Of a stretch of 64,000 bases of DNA, positions 23,522 through 37,331 are shown piece by piece (positions within the stretch are counted from its first letter, which is position 1; every line of letters begins with the position of its first letter). Both the position numbers and the translations under genes were made by a program. A model generated the notes under the pieces. That model had not been told where the DNA came from, searched no databases, and saw only the letters and a list, made by a program, of their open reading frames with translations. The DNA is from Penicillus capitatus (lineage: Eukaryota; Plantae; Chlorophyta), in the NCBI GenBank assembly GCA_965649825.1, contig OZ287702.1, forward strand, positions 1,230,786 to 1,294,785, given 5' to 3'.

Positions 23522-24289
23522 TCATTGTAACGCTCTGTTCAGTAGCCCACGTAGTTTGATATTGTCAATATACCCGTCCATCTCACTCTTCGCAATCCAA
23601 GCGTGATCCACAAAATCAGAGTTCGGCAACAAGGTCGCTTGACCCGACAGCAGCTGCGCCTTCATGTAGAATTCCGTTCGCGCTCTCGCTCCTTCTTCAA
23701 AAGTGTAATGAGCTATTGGCCAATTCGCGATAAAGAAAACATCTGTCTTCGGTCCAATGCACTCCGCCAAGGCACGTTCGCCCGTTTTCCGAATCGTCTC
23801 TCCCGCGCTATGAAGGGTCGCCGGAAAGGACCATCCTCCTGAACGTGTCTTCACAATGAAGTAGAGATAACGATCCAAGAAACGCATCAATGACTTTGTA
23901 TCGCCTTCCTTGTCCGCTTGTGTAATGCGATCAAGTTCTTGCCATTCAGCACCTTCGTTCTGCTGCGCGTCTTCTTCCTCTTCCTCTTCCTCTATCAACT
24001 TTTTCTTTCTCTGCCACTCCTGTGGCAAATTCTGCTCTCTTTGTTCCCTCACCTGCTGAGACCACATTTGATACTCAATCTCCCAATCTTCAGGAAGAGG
24101 CCGCAGCAGTGGAGCGCGAGCAAGAATGCAAGATCCATGGATCGGCAGTTTGACGGCGTCGTTTTCCTTCGGGGCTTCAGGATTCGACGCAGATGTGAAA
24201 CACAGATGCCCAAAAAACCCGCGGCGCGATGACGGTAGAAGCAGGCGCGACAGAGAACGAAGACTCAGCGTCGTCGTCATTAGACACAT
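23522..24289 (-). CDS. MRPL46: Mitochondrial ribosomal protein mL46, intronless
   Basis: Ser/Arg-rich presequence, then RITQADKEGDTKSLMRFLDRYLYFIVK, WSFP...GETIRKTGERAL, VFFIANWPIAHY, FYMKAQLLSG and DHAWIAKSEM, typical of the mL46 Nudix-like fold. Confidence 0.88.
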   Translation of the reverse strand: MCLMTTTLSLRSLSRLLLPSSRRGFFGHLCFTSASNPEAPKENDAVKLPIHGSCILARAPLLRPLPEDWEIEYQMWSQQVREQREQNLPQEWQRKKKLIEEEEEEEDAQQNEGAEWQELDRITQADKEGDTKSLMRFLDRYLYFIVKTRSGGWSFPATLHSAGETIRKTGERALAECIGPKTDVFFIANWPIAHYTFEEGARARTEFYMKAQLLSGQATLLPNSDFVDHAWIAKSEMDGYIDNIKLRGLLNRALQ

Positions 24290-25257
24290 CTAGAACATTG
24301 ACCTGTCTGTCCGTCGAACAGTTTTATTTTTCAAAACATAAAGTCTTACACAGACGGAGGACAAACAAAGCACCGTCTCTCTCATCGCTGTCTGGCATAG
24401 ACGAGCTTCCTCTTTACCCGAAAAACGACGCCACGTGTGAGAAGGTGCGACAGAAGGCCGAGTGGTCCGAACATGAAACAGAGTAGAACCGAATGCCCCG
24501 TCCAGATGTTCCGATTGAGACCGTCCAAAAACACAGCCCTATAGCACAGCAATCCCTCTTTGGCTGTAAGTCAGACTCCCGGGTGCTTGATCACTTAGCC
24601 TGGCAGAAATCCATGATGAGAAGGTTGAGCCATGTAAGGACCGTGCTCCAGGGTTCCATCAGCACTTCCGAAAATCCACTGATCTGATCACAGGATTTCG
24701 CACCGTAAGACGTAGAAGCGCATCGTGTGGTGCATCCGTCATACATTTGGTACCGGCCAGGAACTCTGAAGGATAGAGAGAATCTTCCCCAATAGTCCAT
24801 CCGAGAGACACCGGATCAGCACAGCAACGTAAACCAAAGCGAAACTGACAGACAGCCATTGCGCCTGTACGATGCTCTTCGTCTACACCGTTGTTTGTTC
24901 GTTCACAACATCTCTGCATGTACAAATGCGTCTGACCATTTGCCTTTTGGGCAGAGCAATCATCATGAAATAGAGAGGCATGACGCTGACAGAGGAAGCA
25001 TTAAACACCCATTCCGGTGAGATCGCCCAGACATTCATTTGCACACCGTTTCCTACCTCGCACTCTTGAGATCCTTCCTCTAGAGTCTACCTCTCTTACG
25101 CTCAGTGTTCTTTCGATGCGTGCGCAGGGATCGATACTTCAAAAGGCAACGGCAAGGAAAGGGCTGCGTGGCACCAAGCTGTGTGAGCGACCAGAATCTC
25201 CGCATCTTGTTTCACTTCGATCATTTCCCAAAATTCTTCGTCATTACGCCACCCAAG

Positions 25258-28200
25258 ATGAATGGTCCCGCGACTGACACGGAACTACAATGCGAATGGG
25301 CCAAGACGCTTGCAGCGAGTGGCGATGTGCTTCGTGTGGATGTGGAGGCACTTGTGAAAGCGGCCCTCTCTGCGCGGTCGACGGGCGTCAAAGGTTCACG
25401 GGCTTCGCGTTTGACACAATCCAAGACAGTTGACGGTAAGCTGTTTCTGGACAAGCATCATCTACCCGACCTGTCTGCCGCACCTCAGAAATCCGACTGC
25501 GTTGTCTGCTTCCCCTCTGCAGCTTTCTCGAAGAATCAGATGGACAGGTGCATTCGCATCATAGCGAAATGACAGTGGTGATGGTGTGTCTAGCATGCGG
25601 ATTATTTGGTACCTTTGATTCTGGACCATTTCAAGAGCCTCCCCAAAGTTTTCAATCTACATCCGGAACACACGTCCAATTTCCAAAAAGCCGTGACACA
25701 ATGTCTGCTGAAGCTGAAAGCGTAAGAGTCTGTACGAGCAGAGGATAGAGAAGGAAATGGACGTTTTCTTCAGGGTGATGGTGTTGTCGTCTCTTCCGGT
25801 GGAGTTCGTCGAGGACATCAGTCAGACAGTCCACGATGTCATCAAAATCTGTGTGGATCCTGAAGGAAAGGTATCGTCGGGACCGACCACGCGATATTTC
25901 TTTGTACGTGCCCTGGCACGCGATGCCGAGCTGGAAGACAACATCCCGATGCTCCCTAAGCACGCTTATGCTCTGTTGCAGTGGCTTCATGACCATTTTT
26001 ACACACAAGGTCTTCACTAATCCTCAGCAGGGGACCCTCACAGCTGTGTGACTTAGAGGCGGATGCGTATATGGTATCACACATCTCTGTCGATCTCGTT
26101 TCGAGTGGAATGGCAACAAAGGGACTTATCGATCATCTGGACGATGAGAAAATTATGGCCATGACAATTCCGATCGTCTCGGCCGCTTTTCCGATCGATT
26201 CTCCAGCCAATAACGCGCTCATTGTCAATTCCCAGCCGTTTGTGGACATCTCAATGGGAAGTCTAAGTCGGATTGTTTCGTTTGCTTGCGAATCTGTACA
26301 GTCGGCGCTGAAACCGATCCTGGAGTCCGGTCCAGACAGAAAACTGAGACTGGATGTCGGACCACAATCCGGCATGTCTTTCTCGAACAGACAGAGAGCA
26401 CCGTCAGGAGATCTTGTTCGGGCCGCTGCAAAACTGGCGACCCGTTTGGTCTACCGTCTCTGGGAAGGGAAGCGCAAAGGAACGTGCACTCTCCACGGCG
26501 ATTTCTCAACAGTTAAAGATGAAATGCTGAAAGTCGTGGACATCATGTTGGAGGTGGCCGAGACCTGCTTGAGCACGGCATGGGAATCTGGCGCTCTCCA
26601 TGTAAAGAAGACAGACGGTTTGCTCTCCGACATCAACAGGAGTGTTGTTTAGGTGGTGGCAAGCGCAAAGCATATGTTGCAGGAAACAATGCAGTTGGTT
26701 TCGGCGGGTGTCAGTATCGGAGAGTCCATGAGCGATAATCTGAGTCGTTTGCAGATGCTGATGCTCTCATCGATTCGTCTCCTGGAAGAGGTCGGCGAAA
26801 CGGACACTCCTTACACCAGTTCAGGACAGGGCTCTGTTCGCTCGAGGGGGTCCACTTCTGTGGAGTGCACGGTCGCTTTGGAGTGGGATGTCAGCCATTC
26901 ATTCATCAAACAGAGCTGCTGCGATGCATCTCCCATCCTGGAACTCTGTGGGGTGGCATCTGAAGTACTCTGTGCCACGTTGGCCGACGGATGGCGAGCA
27001 AATCAGAAAGCAGATGTCCGCGAAGTGGCAATTCCTCTCGGCAACATCATGGTCGCCTCAGCCGTTGCAGGCACGAGTGGAGAACGCCAGATTGCTGCCC
27101 TGTCACTGGGGCGTCTGTTTGTGCTCGTCGGAGGAGATCCAGACATGGCTCGTCTCCTTCTGCCACTCCTCATGGACGGAATGCTGGGTTCAGACAACAG
27201 CACCCCGACCCCTGTCTACGCCTGTCTGCTTCATGTCCTAGCCACTATCGGAGGTGTGAGCGGACAATGCGGTTTCCCTTGGGCATTGAATCAGGTGCTG
27301 GAACAGATGATCAAGCTCTATAAGGACCCTCATGGAATCGTCTCAGCAGGATTGATGTTTGCAACAGGCAGCGAGGGCAAACAGAAAGGCCAGATGGCAA
27401 GCGCCTTTTTGCAGTTGACAACACTCTTGCAGGATGCATCACCGTCCATTCGCAAAGACGTTCGCCACAAACTTCTGGCCCTGTTTTCAGACTTTGGCCT
27501 TCATGCCAATGAACTGAATGCGATCTATGACTTGGGTGCTCTACTCCCTGCCATCGCTGCAGCCTGTGAGAATCTGGATCGAACGCTGCCTCGTATGATT
27601 GCCAGTTACAATGGCAGCATCCAGCAAATCAATCACTTCGAAAGGCCGCGATCTGACATCTCACTCATTCGCAACTTCCGTAATCTCTGGATGTACTCTG
27701 CCATATACAAGTTCTCGGGTATCTCGAAGAAGGGAACGCTGTATGAATGGCCCAGAGACTGGCCGACAGCTCTGGGCAAGATTGCGGCTGCAACACCGGC
27801 ACTTTCGAGCATCGACGGTCCTCAGAGGTCAGACACTGCAAGGGAACGACTCCAAGCTGAGCTTCAGGACAGGTTCGCCCTTTGTTCTATCGTCCACGAA
27901 GACGCTATTCGTTCGCAGGTTGGCCAGAGCAGGTCCTCATGCCGACGCTGCATCTCTCAATAGTCTACTCAAGGAAGTGGTGGCCCCTTTCGGCAACACC
28001 TACTCTGTTCCCATGGCCACCCCTGCAGTCTATGCATACCTCCTGGCTGTGGCAACACTGGAACTGTCTCGAGCCGCTCTGAGTCCGCTGCGTACGTTTC
28101 ATGATACCTCTCCTTTAGCTTCCGTCATGTCCTACCTCTCTGTGGCTGTCGTCGGTTCTCTGGAGTCCCAATGGTTCAGAGCTATTGCAGAAGCTGTTTT

Positions 28201-31200
28201 TCACCATAATCTGAAGAGATTTCTGGATTCTGGTTTCAATCAACTCTCTATCAATAATGGAATGCCAGTTCAACATCTTCAACAACGACTGGCATTGACG
28301 TTGATCAATGGTCTAGCGACAGGCAGTGGTCATGTTGAAGGGGACTACCCTCAAGTGGCCGAATTGGCAAACACATTGCTGGAACAGTTGGTCAAAGCAG
28401 TTCCCTCACTCTACTGGAATGCCGAGTGCCTCAATCAGCTCCTGGCCAATCTGGATCAGGAGGAAACGGCCAGCGTCATGATCGAAGGCGTCGACGTACG
28501 CAATGAAGGCTTAGTCTGGAACTGGGTACTCCACTGGGTCGATGCCATTGCCACAATGGCTCCGACGCGTGCGGAGGCTATCATTCACGAATACCTGAGG
28601 GACGACAACTGCCCTGAGAATACAGTTGTGCTGCGACATGCAGCAGAGCTGCTTTCTCGTTGCTCCAAGGCAGGACACAAGCAGAGCCAGGCTGAGAAAG
28701 AGGGCAGTAGGCGTTTCATGCGATCCCTGGCCCGCAAGTCGTACTACGTGGGACGCGTTTCCGGATTCAGTGATGGCCTGGACCAGAACGCAATCGAGAC
28801 GGATCCCGTCATTCTTAAGAAAGTGGTCGAATCGCTGAACGAGTCAGTGAGAGAGCAGAAATTCAGTAAGAATGTGGAACAGAAGTACCTCCAAGCGGCA
28901 GCGACGTTAGTGAAATACACGCCATCCACCACACCACAGAATCTCCTTCGGGCTATCTGCTGGACCCCTGTCCAGATGTTCGAGCCAGAGATGATGCAGC
29001 TGGCAACATTCTCATGGGAATGGGTGTTGACGGCATCTTCCAGTTTAAATCTCTCGATGGTCGCCGAGATCGTGGATGCCTGGATCTGGACAGTGCGCAA
29101 GAGAATGGGCATCTTTACTGGCAACAAGTACGAGAACACCACGACTGTCCTTTACCAACCAGGTGCGTTTCTTCATTCCCTGCGCGTTGAAGAGATGGAT
29201 TGAGATGGACGCGCGACAGATGACTCAGCTCAGGCTAGTAGCATTGATGGCATCAAAGCACATGGCTTGTGGTTGTCATTCCTGTTGGAGCAATGGGAGG
29301 TCTCGCGACAGGCACCTTCTGATACACTGGCTGCACACACGAGTACTGCTATGCTGCTGACAAATTTGAATGAAGAAAAGGTCGTGTGTCATCGCAGGTG
29401 TGTTCTCTTGCCTCTTGACACAATCTCTGCATCATCCTCATGTTCTGAGCCATCACCCTGCAGCGGCCGGAGCACGGTTTAAGCTGCTGACCCTCGGGCT
29501 GAAATACTGCGAGTTCTTTGCAGACAGGGATCCAGACTGTGTCCCTGCTGCCGTGCTCTATGAAAGAATTATACGTGCCGGTCTTGCTTGGTAACATCAC
29601 CAATGCTTCTATCTGACGACTAGGAGACTGCATCTTGTGCTGTCAGGTTTGAGTATTCCCAAGCGTGGTACGGACAGAAGACGCGCATCGAGAGCGAAGA
29701 AGAGGTTATGGCAGTGAAGACATTCACAGGTATCCAAACAAGCAATGGGGATCATTGCTTCTGTACTTCTGCACAGGAATGCTGGCGCATTGGCCGCAGA
29801 AGAGTAATTTAGGCAGACTACAGATTTCCAAGTCAATGGCACTGTTGGCCGCTGTATGGCACTCGAATACATGGAGTCAGAACATGAGTGACCGGCGCAG
29901 AGATCTGCTGATCCATCTCTGCAACAGAGAGATCGAGAGACTCCAGGTGAAGCCTCTCCAAGAACACGGCAGTTTTTTACAGGGGCGTTCAGGTGTGGGT
30001 CTGTCCGATACCTCATGCAGATGTGGCTGCGACCCGTGCCATGCTGGACTGGAGCCGGTACGTGCAGACAGCATGGGCTGTGCATCCCCGTCTGGCACTC
30101 GGCCTTCTGGGCCGATTTCCAGCCACGAGTTCCATCGAGAATGAACTCTTCTCGCTCATCAGCAAAAACGCAACAGATCCCACTGTGCAGTCCCTTCCTC
30201 AAGCGGCAATCCTGCTGGCGACGTGTGATCCGATGAAGAGAATCAAAGTCTCTTCGAAACTCGATCTGTTGAAGCACTGGGTGCCAGCGTCGGTGTCTGA
30301 CGCACTCGGTCTCATGGCCGTCGACATCAGTCGGCATTCCAGCGTGAAACACTTCATCGTGGCATCCCTCAGCAGAGCAAACCCAGAACAGGTATATCCT
30401 TCTGCGTCGAGGACAACGCCAGCCCAGTGATGTATGTGTATGACAGTTGGCGTTCTACCTTCCTCAATTGGTTCAGGGACTGCGCAACGACAGCGATCAT
30501 TCTTTCGAGTACCTGCTCGTTCAGAAGGCGTCGCAGTCCTGGATTTTCTGTCACAGATTGATGTGGTCCGTGACGCATCGCCCCTGCGTCTCGTCGGTGT
30601 GCTCTATGTGTGTTGGTGTTCAGGTATCTACGTTCGGAATGCAAACCGCCTCCCGAGGCCATGAATCCGGTCATCAAGCGCTCTGGCTGGAAGGCTCCGA
30701 GTGATACGGGGCTCTGGAGCATCACGGAGAAGCTCTACCACTCCATTCGCAACGCACTGTCGGATGAGCAGCGCATCTTCATGGATGCCGAAATGGGCTT
30801 CTTCGATCAGATCACAGAGATCTCAGGCATCCTCAAACCCATTCCCACAGACGAACGGCGCACGAAGATTGAAGAAGTGCTGCAGGGGATATCTCTTGAA
30901 AGGGAGGATCTCTACATCCCCACCAATCCGGAGTCGATTGTCACACAGATCATATGTGACAGCGGCACCCCTATGCCCAGCAAAGAGAAGATGCCAATAC
31001 TGGTTCAGTTCCAAGTCGAACAGCGACAAGGAGACGAGGAATCAGGTGCCGGGCAGCGCAAACAGGTATGTGATCAGCAGGCAAATGTCGTTGGCAGACA
31101 TCGAATCTGTGGTGTGTACGCATCGCAGGCCTGTATCTTCAAAGTCGGAGATGACGTGCGTCAAGACGTCCTTGCACTGCAGATCATCAAGCTTTTAAAA

Positions 31201-31958
31201 GATGTTTTCATCAAGGCAGGTCTCGACCTGTATCTCTGTCCCTACGGTGTGATTCCGACGGGATACGAGAAAGGTATGACCTCCTGCACGTGTCCATCAG
31301 ACGAGCAACTCGAGCTTCTGCGGTGACAGGTATCATCGAAGTGGTGCCGAACAGCAAGTCTCGATCGGCCTTGGGTGAGACGACGGATGGCGGTCTGTAC
31401 GAGATCTTTCAGAGGGAATTCGGGGCGCCGGGGTCGCCACGATTCGAAGCTGCTCGGCACAACTTCATGGTTTCCGAAGCAGGCTATGCCATTGCCAGTT
31501 TTCTGCTGCAGTGCAAGGATCGACACAACGGCAACATCCTCATCGACTCCGAGGGCCATCTCGTGCACATCGATTTCGGGTTCATCTTGGAGATCTCTCC
31601 CGGAAAGAACATGAAATTCGAGAGCGCAGATTTCAAGCTGAGCCACGAGATGACGCAGCTGCTCGATCCTGGTGGAATGCGGAACTCGAAATTCTATCAC
31701 ACCTTCGAGGAGATGTGCATTCGCGCCTTTCTCGCTGCACGTACCGTAGCGGATCCTATCATTACATGTGTCGCTCTCATGAAGCATTCTGGACTTCCTT
31801 GTTTCGAAAGAGGCGATGCCGTCAGGAACATTCGCAATCGCTTTCATCTCGACAAAAGCGAGAAGCAAGTGGCTGCCCATATCCGAAGCGTGGTCGATAA
31901 TGCGTACTGCAAATGGACAACAGCATTGTACGATAAGCTGCAGAATTATACCTATTGA
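25258..31958 (+). CDS. PI4KA: Phosphatidylinositol 4-kinase alpha (type III, STT4/PI4KA; multi-exon)
   Basis: Long alpha-solenoid N-terminus. PIK helical region (LAFYLPQLVQGLRND). Catalytic motifs QACIFKVGDDVRQDVLALQII, IIEVVPNSKSR, FLLQCKDRHNGNILIDSEGHLVHIDFGFILEISPG and FESADFKL. The start at ATG 25258 is inferred. Confidence 0.95.
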
Positions 31959-32305
31959 TCCCGAGAGGAGTGGTTTACTGGGAAACCCTCTTTAATTGTC
32001 AAAGCTTTCTGTTTATCATAATTAAGGGGAATGGTGAAATGCTTTAGAACACGCGAAGGAGACCCGGGGAGGAAACCCGCTATTTCGGATCGCTGTATCA
32101 CGAAAGACAGCATCGCCATGTTACAGGATAAAAGTCATCCATCATTGAATCAGCCAGCGTAGTTGACGACATCACACTGTGCAGCCGACAAAACAATAAG
32201 CTAGATTAAAAGCAACAGCCGGAAACGCACTGAAGAAGTAAGAGTCCCTCAGGGTATCAAAACTAGGTGGTAACAATGTCCCCCGATCAGTCAAGGTCAG
32301 TGTTT

Positions 32306-32613
32306 TTATTTCTTCCGTCCATCGAATTGAGACCCGTGAGAGGCAGGAAATCCGAGGTCACTCGAAGCAGCAGTTGCACTTCCGCCCGCTGCACCTTTAG
32401 CATGGCCGTTGCCGCTCGATGCTGCTTGAACGCCGCTAGCACCGCTGGATGAAGCATGCCTTCCATTCTGATCTGCTCCTGCCATTCCACTGAAATCGGT
32501 GAAACCAGAAGCCTGCGCTGTGCTGTCCTTTGGAGCTACGGTTGCGGTTTTTCCGTAGCTATCGGTCATCGCGACTGCAGTGCAATTATCACGAGAGAAA
32601 ACATTGTCTTCAT
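32306..32613 (-). CDS. Small Ala/Gly/Ser-rich putative secreted protein, with an apparent frameshift in the signal peptide (or a start at ATG 32569)
   Basis: MKTMFSLVIIA (ATG 32613) joins AVAMTDSYGKTATVAPKDSTAQASG...SQFDGRKK-stop only through a 1-nt frameshift near 32580. Confidence 0.4.
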
Positions 32614-33665
32614 TATCCGACCAGTATATGTTAAGCTCAATCACGTTAGCTTGTTTCTTGATGCCTTTTAGAAAAATCGAAGGAAAGAATAATAACGAAT
32701 AAGCGCTGCGCGTGAATAGCATGGAGCTACGCACGCTTATATCTTTCAATGCAACCGTTGGGCCGTTCGTCTAAATTGATCTGCTGGACGAGGTCGCGCG
32801 CGTGCACACGGACCCGCTTGAATGGCGCATATCACGCGGATTGACAAAACCGTATTCATTCATCGACTATCCGCCGCTGAGGAGCAGCATCTCTGCATAA
32901 CCGTCACCTGGATTGTCGCCGTGCTCCTGTGAGCGACGTAAACGCATTGACTGCTGCTAGAGGGTCATTCGAGGATAGGCATCTTAAAAAGGAGAACAGA
33001 ACGGAATTCTGGTTCTCTTACAACAGATTCAGCTTTAATGTCGCCGCGCCGCGTCGCGTCGCACGTCTTATCTGTCTCTATTATTCAAATTCGTCGACTT
33101 CGCAGCTACGAGCTGTCGCCGGTCGGCCGAACGAAACGATTTAACAGCGGAAGACTTCTTTACAACTATTGGAGCAAGGTCCTGACTGGCTCAAATCGCC
33201 GATTAAGTATGTGCATGTTGACAAGACTTCCCTAGACAGATGACTAATCCTGCTGCCAGAACCACAGAACAAGACCTCAAACACACTTAAACCTCGTCTG
33301 ATAAGACATTCAACGCCCCCTGAGCGCATGACCCCTCCGCAGCAAGACGGTCACATCGCCAAAGGAAAATCTTGGCGACACGAGCTTTGTCAAAGTACAC
33401 ACAGGATTCGCAGTAGAGGCATCTTTCAGAGCACGATGCGTGTTTTGTACTCCGTCATCGGTTACAGAAGGCAGCGACATCTTTTCCTTTTTCTCAACTT
33501 TTTATACGAAGGCGTCAAAGTGTCCGTCAGAACCATCAATTAACTGTGCTTTGCTTTCTTCCCGAGTGTTTTGTGCCATTCTTAAGTAAATAGAGGCTAA
33601 AATCCATGCTAGAAGGGATGCGTCCAAATTTCCTTGTTGTGTACAACGAACCGAGAAAGAGGATC

Positions 33666-36600
33666 CTAGCTCAAATAAGGTACAACCCGTTGCAGTGGCA
33701 TGGTCACTTCTTCTAGCTTCTCTCCGACTGGAAGCTTCGCAAGAATTTCAAGCAAAAAACGACAGTCGGCCGAAAGCTGTTGTCTCTGATGATCCCTTGT
33801 CTCATCTGCCCCTGTCTCAGCTGCGTTCTCCAGTTCCCCGATATCTTCCAAAGGATGGCCACAACTTTCAGGACTCTCATTCACGCGCGGTGTTTGCTGA
33901 TCGTGAACGTCATCTTTGCAGAAGCCAAACTCCTGTATCATCTCCAAAAACGCCGATCCCAATTCTTCGCTGAAGATCTCGGCCACTCTCGTGCAGATCT
34001 CCGCCATCTGCTCTTCATGAAGTATGGGAGTCAGCACTTGCGTCAAAATCCGAAGCTGCTTAGCAATCTGTTGTGTGGCCTGAGATGGAGGACAAGCATC
34101 CGTTACTTCTTTAACTTTAACCGTCTTGGAATGCTTCACTTCTTCTTTGAGCTGACCGATTCCGACCAGGACTCTTTCCTTCATGATGCCAATCAGCTTG
34201 GAATGTATGCCATCTAGATGCATCAGCAGATCCTGTCAAGTTCACTCTCGCTCACGAACAAAGCGTGCTCTTTTCGGACACACCTGCTTGACTCTGTCAA
34301 ACTCTGGCTGCAAGATGGTCCTCTTCGCTTGCGGAGATCCTTCCAATAGGGCCTCCGTCATAAACGGGTGTAAATGAATCAAAAATAGGATAGACTGACT
34401 GCAGAGGGCCAAATGTTTGGCAGTAATGGACTTCAATCCACTCACCTGCATGGCCTGTCCACACACTGCCTTCGGGACAGTCGCATCACTGGGAAAGGCA
34501 GACCTGTGCCCCCAAGACCAACTGACAGCTTCTCTTGTTGAAGAAAGTGACAAGCTCCATGGTGTGTCGCGCACTGTCGGTTACAAATTCCGGAAAACAA
34601 CGGCTGTGACGGACGGCGGTGCACACCATCTCGGTCACAGACTGGCCAACCTTGACCAGACGGTACTCCATATCGTTCAGCAGGAACACAGATGCGTCCC
34701 TAGACACATGTCATTTCTGCAGCCATTCGTCAACAGAGGCGCACTCTTTCGTGGACGGCCTGACAGATCTATCCGGGAAAAGGGTTTCGGACACACGCCT
34801 CTGTATGTCTCCGTCTGCATCACACGGTTTCCAGTTTTCTTGCTCCAGAGAGGCATGCAGTTTCTTAAGACTCTCTCTGTGATGCCCGTCGAGTGTTGCT
34901 TTGCAGAGCGGTTGCAACATGGTCCCCAGTCGATGCACACTCTTGACCTCTGCTTCTGTCGCCAGCTCCTGGCATTTCTGATTCGCATCCATCAGCTCTT
35001 TAAGCTGATCTAGTCTAAGAGATTGGTGTATCTTGTCTCTTGACTGGAACACTCTTGCCCAGTGTGCATGACACGCGTCCACCAGGGCTTGACACAAATC
35101 CGATCTGCCTCTCTCGACAGTGGCTCGGTGTTGCAGAAGTTTGCCATCGTCCGTAGCCTCCAGAAGCAGTTCGCCCAAGGAACGATAGTGAGACAAACAG
35201 GAAGACGCGACCGACAGCAAGGCTGTGAGGAGAGAGAGGAACATATCGTGTGTCATGTTGCCCAAGTCGTCCAACGGAGATGGATCTTGAAGATTGTCTC
35301 CTGCGTTGGCAGTATCGTGGACAAAATTGGGCACCAGAATTTCCATGACGTTTCGCAGCAACGCCAACAAACGGGAAACGGCATGCGGTATCACTTCCGG
35401 AAAGATCTCTGTCAGGGATCCTGTTCGAGAGACGCCCAACAGAATCTGCTTGACCTTTTCTTTCTTGCCGCTCTCTTCTTCTTCTGTTCGCGAACGGAGA
35501 GGAGTTGCTAGACGGCCTGTCTCTCCGAGCGCTCTGGCAGCCACGGAACGAAGAATCGACTCGCCTTCATCCCAGTTCAGCAGTTCCAGCAATTCACCGA
35601 TCAGACATGCTCGTAAACTCACGGCAGATGCCTCGAGCGCCTCGGGCATGTTTTTCAGACAGTTCAGTTTTTCGACGGCTTTCGGCAACTCCCCGGCAGA
35701 GGATATGTCTTCATCGTACTGATGCTTTAGATTGTCGATGAGATCCAGCGCAGAGGGGTAGTCATGGGCCAGAAGCAAAAGATTCACCGCCTCCTGTGCA
35801 TGAGTCGCCATTTCGACGTTTTTGAGCACATCGAGTGTCGCCTCCAGATTTCGCCTCTTTCTGTGAAGCACTTGAATTTGCTCGGCTCGAGAACACATAC
35901 CGTTATCGATATCGTGTGCATGAATCTGCAGTCGTTGGATTTGAAACAGTGTATCCCCCATCGACTGCTGCAGCTCCTGAAGAGACTCAGCCGCCTCGAA
36001 GAAAGAATCCGAACGGGCGGCAATCTCGTTCAGCAACTCTGTCTCTACAATGTCCTGAAGGAGGACACCATCATCAAATGAAAAGCACACCATTCATCAT
36101 CCCGTACCAGAAAGGTGTTCAACGTCTCCAGCGTTAGATTGCGCTCTTCCTGCGTTTCTCCGCGAATCACTTGAGTGAACGTCTCCGGTCGGGTCAAAGA
36201 GAAGTCTTCCTGAAAATAAAGTGATGGGACTTGGCGCAATGCCTGTACTAAACCTTCGCCTCTCAAGTATCCAGACCCTGAAGCGCATGCCCCTGTGCGA
36301 TGCGATCCCGATCATCATCAAGGGAATCTCACTCACCCTCAGGGTCTGTTACACTGAGACGTCTGGCGTTGTCCTGCTGAAGGGACATGCGTCGGTGGAG
36401 GTATCTCTCCATCAATGTGCCCACTCTCATTCGGTACTCGTCGAAATGCGAGTACGACACTTCTCTGTGCAGACCACTGGGAGGAGGCGGTGCCGCTTCG
36501 GCCCATGCTTTGTCGACAGCAGAAGCCGGCCATGAGAGAATGCCGTAGCTTCCCGAGTTAGAACGATGCATCGCCGTAGGATTGTTGACAACCGGGACAA

Positions 36601-36733
36601 GTGCCTGTCCTGCGATGTAGAGTTCCCCATCGTCTTCGGACTTCGGTCTTATCGATGGACTGTACGTACTCACACCCTCGCTACGAACAGGACTCGTCAA
36701 CGAATTCCGACGAGGAATGGTCCCCGTCCACAT
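33666..36733 (-). CDS. VPS54: GARP complex subunit VPS54 (multi-exon)
   Basis: AGQALVPVVNNP, LRQVPSLYFQEDFSLTRPETF, DIVETELLNEIAARSDSFFEA, and the C-terminal QVSGLKSITAKHLALCSQSI. Confidence 0.92.
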
Positions 36734-37331
36734 GCTGAAAAAACGTTGAAATCTGTGCGCCCCATCATCACAGATGCCCTTAATGAAACATTCCCGCCCA
36801 CCTCTTTCACAGACGAAGAGATTTTGGCTGACAGCTGTGTGAGTTTTTTGAGCTTTACTGCCCCGTGACGAATCTCGCTTAGACGGCTTTTAATTCGAGA
36901 GAGTCATGTTGGATCGAGATGGAGTGAGTCTACTATGGTGCATGACGGGTGGCATGGAGGATATACGAACCAGTCATTTTCGCCCGTACACCGAACCGTT
37001 GGAAAAGAACTCGAAGAGTCTGAAGCATTCCGTAGTGTTATCGTATTGTCTGCGTTTATGAATACTGCCTTTTGGCACAATTGAACGGACTCGCTTGCTC
37101 TCCATCACGTACACAGTGCCAGCCAGAACTACACGTAAGCAAACCGGCCCAGACGCGTCCCCTTCAAGAACACCGTGTGCACGGCTCTGATTGTCCGCAA
37201 CCTCGGAGTCTCTTCTGTATCGCCCTGCCACGCGCATTGCCTCGCATCGTAGCCGTTTCCCAAAGCGCCGCCTCGGTGTTTTAGGCACAGCTAAAAAGAA
37301 GGAGCCGCCGTTTCCAGACGCTCTCTGAAAG

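Noticed and set aside
32287-32490. Alternative-frame 67-aa ORF MEWQEQIRMEG...
   Set aside because: Overlaps the Ala/Gly/Ser-rich frame on the same strand with no family match. The signal-peptide evidence favours the other frame, though this is not proven.
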